A stretch of 64,000 nucleotides of DNA, from NCBI GenBank assembly GCA_963745025.1, contig CAVUWD010000011.1, positions 224,001 through 288,000 of the forward strand, read 5' to 3'. A program made the translations under genes and the position numbers. Shown one piece after another: positions 40,821-50,488 of the stretch; the first letter of the stretch is position 1, and each line of letters opens with the position of its first letter. This DNA comes from an uncultured delta proteobacterium. GTDB taxonomy: Bacteria; Desulfobacterota; Binatia; JACPRU01. Under the pieces are notes generated by a model, which did no database searches, was not told where the DNA came from, and worked only from the letters and a program-made list of their open reading frames with translations.

Positions 40821-42073
40821 CTAAGAGCCTCATCGGCATCACGACGAACTTCAGGCTCTCGTCCGCGGACTCGATGACCATCGGCGACACGTCGTCCTCG
40901 AGCTGGATGACGACCCGCTCCTCCTTGATGAAGCGGAGCGCGTCGAGCAGGTAGTTCGCGTTCAGGCCGATCGAGACCTCGCCGGAGGCCCCGAAGCACG
41001 GCAGCGCCCGGGTGAACTCGCCGAGGTCGGGATGCTGCTTGGAGAGCGTCAGCTTGTCGTCCTTCACCTCGAGCTTCACGCCCTTGGCTTTGTCGGTCGA
41101 GAACGGCAGCGAGGAGCTTAGCGCCTCCATGAAGGCTCTACGGTCGACCACGATGTGGTGCTTGCGCTTCTTGGGGATCACCTGGTCGTAGTCGGGGAAC
41201 GTGCCCTCGACGTAGCGCGACGTGAGCTCGTAGTTGGCGATCCGGAAGGAGCAGCCGTTCTCGTGGAAGTGGCCGACGATCGGCGCTCTTGGTCGCCGCG
41301 GCGATGTCGTCGACGAGCTCGACGACCTTCCTCGGGATCAGGAAGTCGCCTTCGATGGTCGCTCCCGGGATCCTCATCACATGAAGCCGGTGCCCATCGG
41401 TCGCCACCGCCAGGTTCTTGCAGAAGCGAAGGTAGACGCCGCTCATGTTGATCCGCGTCTCGTCGACACTGACTGCGGGCAGCACCGGCTCGAGGCTCGG
41501 GAGCTCGGCGATCTTGGCCGGGCCCTTCATCCGGTCCTTGAAGCCTGACAGCTCCGGGAACTCCTTCGCGTCGTGGCCGATGACGACCGCGTCGTCGATG
41601 ACGACGTTGAAGGGAGCCTTCTCGTGGTTGGCGCTCCGGATCGCGACTCCCGGGGACTGTCCGCGCTTTACGCAGTCATACAGGAGCTTCGCGGGAATCG
41701 ACGCGGCCAGGGGCTTCACCTCCGGGATGAAGACCCGGAGCGCGATGTCGAGGTCCGTGGCGAGCAGCACGCCGTTGTCGAAAAGGACGTCCGCGAGAAT
41801 CGCGATCGTGTTCTGTTTCGCCGCGACGCGGGCTAGGAACTTGAGCGCCAGGGCGAGCGGCTTCCGCGGGATCTCGCCGGCGGCGAGCGCGGGAGGAGCG
41901 GCCCTTTCCGCCTTGGCGGGCACGCTGCGCTTCGGCTTGACGAGCGGCGACGGGCCGAGACGTGCGCCGCTGACGGCTGGTGCCGGCGTCTCGGTGACCG
42001 TCGCCGGCGGCAGAGAAGGCTCTGCGGTTGCCACCGCGGACTCGCCGCGGGTGGCGGGTAGGTTGTCGGACAT
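40821..42073 (-). CDS. DNA polymerase III beta sliding-clamp homolog, frameshift near 41290
   Basis: ATDLDI, EFP, VATDGHRL, EGTFPDYDQVIP, IGLNANYLLDAL and FVVMPMRL motifs. Confidence 0.88.
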
Positions 42074-42130
42074 GGGCACTCCCTTGATTTTGAGGTTGAG
42101 TGCCGAGTGGAGAGCACTCGGCACTGAGAC

Positions 42131-42718
42131 TTACTTCTTCAGGCGCCAGGCGTTCTGCTGGAACCAGGCCTTGACCGCCTCCGCGCCCATGATCGACACG
42201 GGCTGCACCTCGGCGATCCATCCGCCCTCGCCGCAGCCGAAGCACTGTTCGGTGAAGTGCTCGATGTCCTCCGCGCCCTGTTCCCTGGCGAAGCGCTCGA
42301 GGGCCTCTTCGGCTTCCTTCTCGGTGGGATGGGCCTCGCAGAACGCCCACTCGAAGTGCGTCACGCGCTCGTAGACGTGCACGTGCGGATTGCTCAACCC
42401 CGCGCACGAGTCGCACTCGTCACCATCGTCATCGAACTCCGTGTGGTAGTGGATCGCCGTGGCGAGGAACCACTCCGCGCGCTCGCCGCCGGCGGGGAGG
42501 ACGGGCTCCGCCCGCGGCGCCGGCGGATTCGGCGCATCGGCGAATCGCGGCTGGACCGGCGCGGTCGGCGTCTTCCAGGGCGCTGGGCCGAACCCCCCGC
42601 GACGGAATCCGACCTCGCCGTCTCGACGCGGCTCGTATGACACCGGCGAGCCGCCTTCGCGACGCATGTGTCCCGGTACGAGCGAGCCCATGCGCGGAGC
42701 GGGTAGGTTGTGCTTCAT
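42131..42718 (-). CDS. Hypothetical protein (Cys/His-rich, acidic)
   Basis: RBS AAGGAG; intact ORF in operon. Confidence 0.65.
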   Translation of the reverse strand: MKHNLPAPRMGSLVPGHMRREGGSPVSYEPRRDGEVGFRRGGFGPAPWKTPTAPVQPRFADAPNPPAPRAEPVLPAGGERAEWFLATAIHYHTEFDDDGDECDSCAGLSNPHVHVYERVTHFEWAFCEAHPTEKEAEEALERFAREQGAEDIEHFTEQCFGCGEGGWIAEVQPVSIMGAEAVKAWFQQNAWRLKK

Positions 42719-42731
42719 CGTGTTCTCCTTC

Positions 42732-43175
42732 TCACCACGCGCCCGTGTCGACGAAGCTCCAGTGCCGGTCGGCGCCGAGGATCACGTGGTCGAGCACGCG
42801 GATGCCGAGGATCTCGCCGGCCTCGCGAAGGCGCCTTGTGAGCTCGGTGTCCTCCGCGGAAGGCTCGGGTTCGCCACTCGGGTGGTTATGCGCGAGAATC
42901 ACGGCCGCGGCGGCGGCGTGAACCGCTGGCCGGAAGACCTCGCGCGGATGACAGAGCGATGCCGTCAGCGTCCCGACCGAGATCACGCGGTAGCCGCCCG
43001 GCTTCACGCGATGCTTCGCGTTCAGAAGCAGCGTGACGAAGACCTCCTGGTCGAGGCCTCCGATCCGCGGCCGGAGGGCCGCGGCGACCTCGTTCGAGCC
43101 GCGAAGCACGCCGATGATCTCCGGCGGCGGCTCGCCGTCACGAATGATCTCGACGCGCGGGAGTGTCGGTTTCAT
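42732..43175 (-). CDS. radC: RadC/JAB domain protein
   Basis: GTLTASLCHPREVF, AHNHPSGEPEPSAED, LDHVILG; RBS GGAGG. Confidence 0.93.
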   Translation of the reverse strand: MKPTLPRVEIIRDGEPPPEIIGVLRGSNEVAAALRPRIGGLDQEVFVTLLLNAKHRVKPGGYRVISVGTLTASLCHPREVFRPAVHAAAAAVILAHNHPSGEPEPSAEDTELTRRLREAGEILGIRVLDHVILGADRHWSFVDTGAW

Positions 43176-43438
43176 GTTCCTCCTAGACCGGCCGTAGATG
43201 CGGCCGGAACTTGATGACGTGCGCGCCCCGCCGGCGTGGGACCGTCTTGAAGATCCAGGCAACGAGGGCCCGGACGAGCATCCAGAGGATCTCGCTCGCG
43301 AGCGGCCGCAGCCACCTCGAACCGCAGGTTCCACGCCGCATCCACAGCACGCGCGAACGCGCCCCCTGGTTCCCAGCCCCGCTTCATCCCGCCCCACACC
43401 TTCTGCATGTTCTCCCCGAAGTAGTTCCGCCCCATCAT
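43172..43438 (-). CDS. Hypothetical protein
   Basis: RBS GGAGG; translationally coupled. Confidence 0.55.
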   Translation of the reverse strand: MMGRNYFGENMQKVWGGMKRGWEPGGAFARAVDAAWNLRFEVAAAARERDPLDARPGPRCLDLQDGPTPAGRARHQVPAASTAGLGGT

Positions 43439-44195
43439 CACGCCTCCCTCCGGATCGCCTCGCGGATCTCCTCGAGGTCTCTCCCGTCGTCGCGCTCCTC
43501 GCGGAGCATCTTCGCCTTGAGCTCCGCAGCGCAGTGATTGGTGCCGCTCTGGTCGGCCACCATGAAGCGGCAGTTCTCGCACGGGGTGCGATAGAGAAGT
43601 TTGCACGCCCAGAACTGCGTCGCCCGGTCGAGCACGGTGCGGTTGTCGTACACGGTGTACGGACCGACGCGGCCGAGCTTGCGCATGTCCGCTCCCGAGA
43701 CGTCCTCTCCGCCGCGCGACTCGGTCGCATCGGATGCAGACCGAGCCGTCGTCCACCACGGCGGGTCGTCTGCCATGCGCGACGTCGGCCGGAAGGCACC
43801 GAAGCCGGCGGTAGACCCATTCCCGGGTCCACCCTGGTAATAGCCGCCGCCTCCTCGCCGGAAGCCGGACTCTTTCTTCCCCTTCGTCCAGAGATCCGGC
43901 GCCTGGTCGTAGGCCTGCTGGTTCGCGATCCCCTTCGTGAACAGGTGATAGAAGCCGCGGTAGACCACGACCGTGAAGAGCGCCCGGAAGAAGTGCGCGA
44001 GTCCCCACGCTGCCTCGTCGCGGACCCACTGGCCGAAGCCCTTCCCTGCCGTGGCCGTCTCCGCGTTGATCTTGGGCTCGGCCGTTGCGACGTCTGGCCG
44101 CGTTGGCCCGGCGAGCTCGAGTAGCCGCCTCCGGACCTGGTCGGCTCGATCACGATGACCGGCGGCGCGCTGCCGTATGGATCCTTGAAGCTCAT
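43438..44195 (-). CDS. Hypothetical protein with C-terminal Cys cluster, frameshift near 44100
   Basis: RBS GGAGGAG; WAC...PCENC...HC. Confidence 0.55.
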
Positions 44196-44516
44196 GTGCG
44201 TGCTCCTCCCTTCTCGAGCACCTCGACGATGTGGTTGAGCTCACCGTTGAAGATCGATTCGACGAGCCACCCCTTGCCGACCGCCTGCTCGAACCAACGC
44301 CGCAGCAACATCGACATGGTGATGACTGCGGCCCACTTCGCGCTGAGCAGCGCCTCTCGCAGCCACCAGTTGCGGCGCTTCTTCGCGCGCCACCAGCTTC
44401 GGATTCGGCGCCCCTGTGCACGCACGAATGCCGGGAATCGCTCGCAACAGCGCGACGCCGCCTCTCCAGTTCCGTTCGATCGGGCGCCACACGCGCTCGA
44501 TCAGTCTTTGCAGCAT
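44192..44516 (-). CDS. Hypothetical protein, frameshifted
   Basis: RBS GGAGG at start; ATGA overlap at the end. Confidence 0.45.
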
Positions 44517-44527
44517 CCTCACCTCCT

Positions 44528-44980
44528 TCATCTCTTCAGGAGCTCTGCCTTCACGAAGACGAACGGGTCTCGGATCTCCCACGCCGGCGCCTCGTCGTAT
44601 CCGGGTAGGCACCTGATCGCGGTCACCGTCAGCGACTCACAGAACGCGGCCGCCTCGGTTTGCTCCCAGTCGTCGGTCTCGCAGGACTGGTACACGTAAC
44701 AACGGATCGCTTTGAGGACGATCACCGGATCGGGCGATCCCGGCAGCATCTTGAACCTGTATTCCGGCACCGCCTCCTCCTCGCCGTAGCGGTAGTTGAC
44801 GCTCCGGCGGTTCTCGGCGATGAGCATTCGCCCGACGTCGTCCTGGGTAAGCTCGTTAAGCTCTCGCTCCTTCCTCGGATCGCCCCAGTACCAGCGAAGC
44901 GGCCCATAGGGACGCACCAGGATGAGCCCCGCGGTCACGAGCGCGTTGATGTGCGTCGCTCCGACCATGAAGGCGCTCAT
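44528..44980 (-). CDS. Phage/ICE-type hypothetical protein
   Basis: MSAF...HINALV...ENRRSVNYRY...CYVYQSCE pattern recalled from mobile elements. Confidence 0.7.
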   Translation of the reverse strand: MSAFMVGATHINALVTAGLILVRPYGPLRWYWGDPRKERELNELTQDDVGRMLIAENRRSVNYRYGEEEAVPEYRFKMLPGSPDPVIVLKAIRCYVYQSCETDDWEQTEAAAFCESLTVTAIRCLPGYDEAPAWEIRDPFVFVKAELLKR

Positions 44981-45489
44981 AACGGGAACATCCCGAGGTC
45001 CGTGATGACGTCGAGCTTCGGATCGAATCCCTTGAGGCACTGGTTTCCGTGGTCGATCACGAACCGCGTGGCGCGTTGGCCGAGGATCTCGATCACCACG
45101 GGTGGATTCCGTGGGTGGTTCCAGAGACCCACCTCGATGAGATCGTCGTCCTGCTTGCCCGCGTAGACGGGCTCGAGCCCCCAGGTGGCCAGCGCCTCCA
45201 TGATCTGGCGCAGCAGATGGATCACGTGCGCGACGTAGGGCTTCCACTTCCGCTCGGGAAGCCGCTGGCCATTCTCGTCGCGGCTGAACCGCTCGTAGTC
45301 GAAGCTGATACGGACCTTCTGGATCTTGCCGTCAGGCCCGCGCGTCCAGAGCTTCGGATCGACGAGCATGACGACCTCCACGCGCCCTCGAGGCAGCAGC
45401 GTCTCGCCGGGTGGTGGATGAACGTGCGACACCTCCGAGAGCGGGATCTTCACCGTCCCGTTCCCGTTCGTGCCCTGCATGGTTTGCAT
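44977..45489 (-). CDS. Hypothetical protein
   Basis: RBS AAGGAG; intact ORF. Confidence 0.7.
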   Translation of the reverse strand: MQTMQGTNGNGTVKIPLSEVSHVHPPPGETLLPRGRVEVVMLVDPKLWTRGPDGKIQKVRISFDYERFSRDENGQRLPERKWKPYVAHVIHLLRQIMEALATWGLEPVYAGKQDDDLIEVGLWNHPRNPPVVIEILGQRATRFVIDHGNQCLKGFDPKLDVITDLGMFPL

Positions 45490-45609
45490 GCGGTTGGTCT
45501 CCTTCGAATTCGGAAAGTACGAAAAGAAAAGGCCCCGCGGTCCGGCACCCTTTCGAGTGCCGGACTTTGGAGCCTTCGTAGGTAGCTACGAAGCTAGATC
45601 GCTAGATTG

Positions 45610-45777
45610 CTAGCTTCCCGCCTTGCGGAATCCCGCGTTCTTCTCCTCGGCGCTCGCGCCGCCGGCGAGGATGTCGCCCATGCCGTCGCCCGCGAGACCG
45701 ACCGCGGCGACCGCGGTGAACAACCCGACGCCGATTCCGACGATGCCGATGATGAACTTGCCGATCGCTTTGAGCAT
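45610..45777 (-). CDS. 55-aa membrane peptide (not in ORF track)
   Basis: RBS AAGGAG; MLKAIGKFIIGIVGIGVGLFTAVAAVGLAGDGMG. Confidence 0.65.
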   Translation of the reverse strand: MLKAIGKFIIGIVGIGVGLFTAVAAVGLAGDGMGDILAGGASAEEKNAGFRKAGS

Positions 45778-45871
45778 TGCGCTCTCCTTCCCTTTGTTCC
45801 TGCGCCAGAAACAGCTGAGCCCTCGGGGCTGGCGCTCACCCGAGGGCTCTTGCCGCGTGCCATGACAGCGG

Positions 45872-46021
45872 TTACGCCGCTTTGGCGGTGGTGTCGGTGC
45901 TCGGGGCCGCGCTGCCGCCGCGGACGCCCTCGCCGATCGCGTCCGCGCCGAACGCCGCGAAGCAGGCGCCGAACGCGATGAACGCGAGTCCGAAGCACAC
46001 CTTCGAGATCTTCAGAAACAT
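45872..46021 (-). CDS. 49-aa membrane peptide
   Basis: RBS AGGAGG; MFLKISKVCFGLAFIAFGACFAAFGADAIGEG. Confidence 0.65.
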   Translation of the reverse strand: MFLKISKVCFGLAFIAFGACFAAFGADAIGEGVRGGSAAPSTDTTAKAA

Positions 46022-46136
46022 GGGAACCTCCTGGTTGTCGTCTGGCCGAAAACAAAAACGCCCCGCGGAACGATTCCCCCGGGGCGTCACAGACAGAGCT
46101 CGGCCGTCCTGTCTTACACTGAGTGTGGCGAACTTT

Positions 46137-46394
46137 TTACGAAGCGTTCAGGTCCCGTTGCCGCGCGCGCCGGCGGCTGGTGATCCATCTGCCCCAGAGC
46201 ACGCTGTCGATGCGCTTCTTCAGCTTCCGCACCGCCTTGTCGAGGCTCTCTCCGGGCTCCGAGACGTAGGTGACCTGGCAGTTGTCAGCGAGCGACTTCG
46301 ACACTTCCCAGCGTCCGTCGATGAGCTTTCCCGAGATGAGACCGTGTCGGGTGAGCTCAGGCCCCGTGAGCTCCTTCACGCCCCCCTCATCCAT
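46137..46394 (-). CDS. Hypothetical protein
   Basis: Short ORF overlapping the upstream stop. Confidence 0.5.
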   Translation of the reverse strand: MDEGGVKELTGPELTRHGLISGKLIDGRWEVSKSLADNCQVTYVSEPGESLDKAVRKLKKRIDSVLWGRWITSRRRARQRDLNAS

Positions 46395-47001
46395 TGACCG
46401 CCGGGTCGACGGTCGTGGACGTCGCCGTGTCCCCGCCTCCGATCGGGCCGTTCGGCTGACCGCTCGGCTGCGCCACGACCGCGGTCTCGTCGCCGCCGGC
46501 GACCGCCCGGACGATCAGGTAGACCACCCCGATCCCCGCGATCGCCGCGCCCACGCCCCAGACCTTCGGGTTCTTGACGAACTGCCAGGTCTTGTTCGCC
46601 GCGCGCCGCAGCCGGCCGGGCTCCTCGCTGCCGTTGATGTTGATCTGCTCCTGAGTCTGTCCCATGGTCCCGTTCTCCTCTTCTTCTTTGAGCGCCGGCT
46701 CCGTTGCCGGCGGCTCGGTTGGTGGTGGATCGATCTCCACCGGGCCGTCGTAGAGTCGTTCGAACTCTGCGGCGATCTGCCTCTCCACTTGCCTCAGAGC
46801 CTTCACGCAGTACCGGGTCTTCACCGGGTGCGGCACGCGCCACTGACAGCGCTCGACGTAGCGCCGTGCGCGTGCGAGCTCCGCGAGCATCGTGAGCATC
46901 GTGTCGTAGAGCTCCGCGTCCTCCGGCCTCAGCTTCAAACGAATCCGGATCTCGTGGGCTTCCGACTCGACGACTTCCTCAGCCGTTGCTCGATCGTTCA
47001 T
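46387..47001 (-). CDS. Hypothetical membrane protein, possible internal start at 46665
   Basis: RBS GGAGG at start; internal GAGGAG + ATG before a TM segment. Confidence 0.6.
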   Translation of the reverse strand: MNDRATAEEVVESEAHEIRIRLKLRPEDAELYDTMLTMLAELARARRYVERCQWRVPHPVKTRYCVKALRQVERQIAAEFERLYDGPVEIDPPPTEPPATEPALKEEEENGTMGQTQEQININGSEEPGRLRRAANKTWQFVKNPKVWGVGAAIAGIGVVYLIVRAVAGGDETAVVAQPSGQPNGPIGGGDTATSTTVDPAVNG

Positions 47002-47158
47002 TCCCTGCCTCCTCTGGTCAGGGCCGAGAAAACAAAAAGCCCCGGAAGGACCTGTTCCTTCTCGGGGCCGCAGGGCAGGTCTCGGCGATGCCCGCCTTGG
47101 TATCGTTCAGCCAGACCGTCGAGTTCTCCTCGTCACCTCCCTTCTGTGCTCTGGCGCC

Positions 47159-47416
47159 TCACCACGACCCAGCGTCGACGAAGCTGTAGTGCTTGCCGTC
47201 ACCGAGGATCACGTGGTCGAGAACGCGGATGCCGACGACTTCGCCGGCTTCCCGCAGGCGCTTCGTGAGCTCGATGTCCTCTGCGCTCGGCGCCGGGTCG
47301 GCGCCTTCAAAGAGGGGCATCAGAAGCCTCGCCGCGTCCGTGGACGTCCGGAGGACGGTCTCCTCGGGCTCGTCTGCTCCGGACTCGCGGACGAGCTCGA
47401 GCCTGTACCTGCGCAT
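47159..47416 (-). pseudogene. RadC paralog with in-frame internal deletion
   Basis: N- and C-termini of RadC present; HPREV and HNHPSG segment absent. Confidence 0.8.
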
Positions 47417-47710
47417 GTGGTCACCTCCTTCCCGCAGGTGGTCTCCTCGGCCGAAACGAAAACGCCCCGGTCGAGCAATGGCGCTCGCCGGGGCGCTGGA
47501 CAGACTATGGCCGCAGCTATCCTCTACACATCATCATGACGCAGAGCGCGGATAAAGGTCACCATGAAAACGCTATTCACTCATTGTCCATCAACGACGC
47601 ACTGCGAATTGTTGACAAATGTGCCCCTGTGGCATTCAGAGGTCACAGTTGCGGTTCTTGCCACTCCGTGTCCAGGATCGAGTCCCGGCCGAGCACGTGA
47701 AAAGCGGCCA

Positions 47711-47914
47711 ATGGTGAGCGAATCAGGCATCCAAGAGGATTTCGTCGTCTCGTGCCCTTACTGCGGAGAGGACGTCGAGATCCACGTCGAGGTGGACGTC
47801 GCGGGCACCCTCGTGCAGGACTGCGAGGTGTGTTGCAACCCGTGGCTCCTGCGCGTCACGGTCGACAGCGGAAATCGGTCCGTCAGCGTGGCGCGGGCCG
47901 ACGGTTCGGAGTGA
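47711..47914 (+). CDS. CPXCG motif cysteine-rich protein
   Basis: CPYCG...QDCEVCCNP. Confidence 0.88.
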   Translation: MVSESGIQEDFVVSCPYCGEDVEIHVEVDVAGTLVQDCEVCCNPWLLRVTVDSGNRSVSVARADGSE

Positions 47915-47993
47915 GAAAGAGCCGCATCGTCCCGATCTTCGATGCCTTCCGAGTAGATTGCGCCTCCTGGCGCCTCGCGCTAGGACCCAGGAT

Positions 47994-48242
47994 ATGACTG
48001 ACACCCCGTTCGTCGTCCAGAAAGTCGAGTGGTACCAGTTTCGCCATCCTGCCGGGCATGCGTTTTTCGTCATGGTCGCGAGCCTTCCGAACGGTTTCTT
48101 CACCGCCGTGCCCTGCCACGTGACGATGCGGCTCGCCGACCACAGCGTGGTCGCGCTCGCTGCGACGCAGGAAGAGGCTTTGACACAGCTCCAGACGACC
48201 CTTGCCGGAAAGACCGCCGGCGAGCTCTTTCCGGCGACGTGA
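47994..48242 (+). CDS. Hypothetical protein
   Basis: Short ORF with plausible composition and AGGA upstream. Confidence 0.55.
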   Translation: MTDTPFVVQKVEWYQFRHPAGHAFFVMVASLPNGFFTAVPCHVTMRLADHSVVALAATQEEALTQLQTTLAGKTAGELFPAT

Positions 48243-48315
48243 GCTCACCGAGCACGGCCGCCGAAGGCATAGCGCCCCTCGGAATTCGTCATCCGACACG
48301 CCAGCAACAAGAGGA

Positions 48316-48339
48316 GAGGCTGACTACGATAAGTGCCGG
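48316..48339 (-). repeat. Partial copy of the oriIS-like tail
   Basis: GAGGCTGACTACGATAAGTGCCGG vs GAGGATAACCACGACAAGCGGCCG at 54429. Confidence 0.4.
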
Positions 48340-48378
48340 CAGGCCGTCCGTCTGGAAAATATTGGTTGAGAGCTGCGA

Positions 48379-49353
48379 ATGCGCCGCATAGTGTGCCGTG
48401 AGTTCGGGCCGCTCGAGAACCTTACCGTCGAGGAAGCCGACGAACCGGAGGTCTCCCCGGGCACTATCCTGGTCGACGTGGAAGCCGCCGGGGTGAACTT
48501 CGTCGACGCTTTGATCGTGCGGGGCGAGTACCAGATAAAGCCGCCGCTGCCGTTCGTCGCTGGCAGCGAGATCGCAGGCAGCGTACTCACCGTCGGCGAT
48601 GGGGTCACGGCGGTTCAGGTCGGCGACCGCATCTTTGGGATGACCGGCTCTGGCGGCTTCGCGGAACGTGTCGTGATCGGAGCCGCGCAGGCGTTTCGCG
48701 TCCCGTCGTTGATCGATGCCAAGCGCGCCGCCACCTTTATCCAGAGCTACTGCACCGCCCTTTTCGCGTTGCGCGAACGCGCCGGGCTGCGCCCTGGCGA
48801 GACGGTCCTGGTGCTCGGGGCGGCCGGCGGCGTCGGGCGCGCGGCCATCGACGTGGCGAAGGCCCTCGGGGCTCGGGTGATCGCGGCCGCGTCGAGCGAC
48901 GCACGTGTCGGCGCGTGCAAGACCGCCGGCGCCGACGAGACGATCGACTACTCGCGCGAGGATCTAAAGAGCCGCGTGAAGCAGCTCGGGGGCGTTGATG
49001 TGATCGTCGATCCAGTCGGCGGTGACCGCGCGGAGCCTGCCCTGCGCACGCTCGGCGTGGACGGGCGCTACCTCGTCATCGGTTTCGCCGCTGGCGCCAT
49101 ACCGCGCATTCCCCTCAACCTCGTTCTGCTGCGCAACCGCCGCGTCGTCGGCGTCGACTGGGGCGCATGGATGAAGAGCAATCCAGATGCCCAACGCCGC
49201 CTGATCGGCGAGCTGCTCGCACTGGTGGAGGCGGGCAGCCTGCACCCCCAGGAACCGGCAACCTACGCCTTGGAGGACGCGGCAACCGCCCTCGCCGATC
49301 TCCTCGCGAATCGCGTGGCAGGCAAAGCGGCGCTCGTTCCGCGGCGTCACTGA
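48379..49353 (+). CDS. NADPH:quinone oxidoreductase (MDR family)
   Basis: GVNFVD, PFVAGSEIAG, LGAAGGVG, IGFAAG. Confidence 0.93.
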   Translation: MRRIVCREFGPLENLTVEEADEPEVSPGTILVDVEAAGVNFVDALIVRGEYQIKPPLPFVAGSEIAGSVLTVGDGVTAVQVGDRIFGMTGSGGFAERVVIGAAQAFRVPSLIDAKRAATFIQSYCTALFALRERAGLRPGETVLVLGAAGGVGRAAIDVAKALGARVIAAASSDARVGACKTAGADETIDYSREDLKSRVKQLGGVDVIVDPVGGDRAEPALRTLGVDGRYLVIGFAAGAIPRIPLNLVLLRNRRVVGVDWGAWMKSNPDAQRRLIGELLALVEAGSLHPQEPATYALEDAATALADLLANRVAGKAALVPRRH

Positions 49354-49569
49354 GCCCGACGGACGTATGGTGGGCCCAGATTCACAAAATCGCGAGAAGG
49401 TGAAGGTCGGAGGCGCCATCACTTCCAGAACCGGCGGGGACGACCTGCTCGGGTGCCAAACGCCGGCGGGGATCGACGAAGGTGTTCGCCGGCTCGCAGG
49501 ATCGCTGCGCACCACGGGATATAAAACGACGCACGGTCGATCGGTACGCGAATGAGGCAAAGACCGTGC

Positions 49570-50418
49570 TCACCGTCCGCCGTTCGCAAACCGTGCGAGC
49601 TCGTCGAGGCGCTTCCACATCGCGTCGCGGTCGGCGGCGGGCAGGCCGAAGATCACCCGCTCGATGCCCGCGCGCTCCCACGAGTCGACGGTTGCGCGCT
49701 CGGTAGGCGCCCAGAAGACCGTGATCGAGATCGAGCGCGGGTCGCGTCCGGCCCTTGTTGCGCGCTCGCGGAGATCCGCCGCTCCGGCGGTGATGTCTTC
49801 GCCGTTGATTCCCGGGATCGGCATCCAGCCGTCGCAATAGTCGACGACACGCTGGCGCCCCTTCGGCCCGTGAGCGCCGAGCAGGATCGGCGGATGCGGC
49901 TTTTGCACGGGCTTCGGCTCTGCCCAGATCGGATCGAAACGCACCATCTCGCCGTGGTACTCCGCCGCCTCCTTTGTCCAGATCTCCTTCATCGCCTCGA
50001 CCCGCTCGCGCACCAGCCGCCAGCGCGTCTTCGGGTTCGTGCCGTGGTTCTCCATCTCCTCGAGGTTCCAGCCGCCGCCGACGCCGAACAGGAGGCGCCC
50101 GCAGGAGAGGAAGTCGGCGGTCGCGACCTCTTTCGCCGTGCTGATCGGATCACGCTCGCAGACGAGGAGCACGCCCGTGCCGAGCTTCAGCTTCTTGGTG
50201 ACGGCTGCGGCTGCGTTCACGCAAGCGAAGGGGTCGAGCAGGTGCCAGTAATCGCGCGGCAGCTCGATGCCTTGCGGGTGCGGCGTGCGCCGCGACGCCG
50301 GGATGTGGCTGTGGTCGGGGAACCAGAGCGACTCAAAGCCGCGCTCCTCGACGGCCGGCGCGAGCTCGTCCGGTCGCACGGAGAAGTCCGTCTGAAGCGA
50401 CATCACGGCATACTTCAT
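49570..50418 (-). CDS. LLM class F420-dependent oxidoreductase
   Basis: GFESLWFPDHSHIP, GVGGGWNLEEM, PKPVQKPHPP. Confidence 0.92.
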   Translation of the reverse strand: MKYAVMSLQTDFSVRPDELAPAVEERGFESLWFPDHSHIPASRRTPHPQGIELPRDYWHLLDPFACVNAAAAVTKKLKLGTGVLLVCERDPISTAKEVATADFLSCGRLLFGVGGGWNLEEMENHGTNPKTRWRLVRERVEAMKEIWTKEAAEYHGEMVRFDPIWAEPKPVQKPHPPILLGAHGPKGRQRVVDYCDGWMPIPGINGEDITAGAADLRERATRAGRDPRSISITVFWAPTERATVDSWERAGIERVIFGLPAADRDAMWKRLDELARFANGGR

Positions 50419-50488
50419 GGGCGGTCCTCCTTCACCGGTTAGCCTACTCCGAGTCGGCGCCGCATCGAAGTTCGGCGTGATCTCGGCG

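Noticed and set aside
39385-41181. 598-aa ORF apparently fusing clamp, recombinase and IS91 tail
   Set aside because: Internal RBS/ATG sites and frameshifts indicate separate genes read through by chance
45610-47001. Filamentous prophage suggested by small TM peptides near dif-like sites
   Set aside because: No Zot/pI ATPase or adsorption protein visible
42732-47416. Two RadC copies as a DGR template/variable repeat pair
   Set aside because: No reverse transcriptase, and the differences are not adenine-specific; ordinary paralogs
47670-47695. Possible distal att copy of the tRNA-Val 3' end
   Set aside because: Only an 8-bp exact core (TCGAGTCC) and gaps are needed; too weak to call
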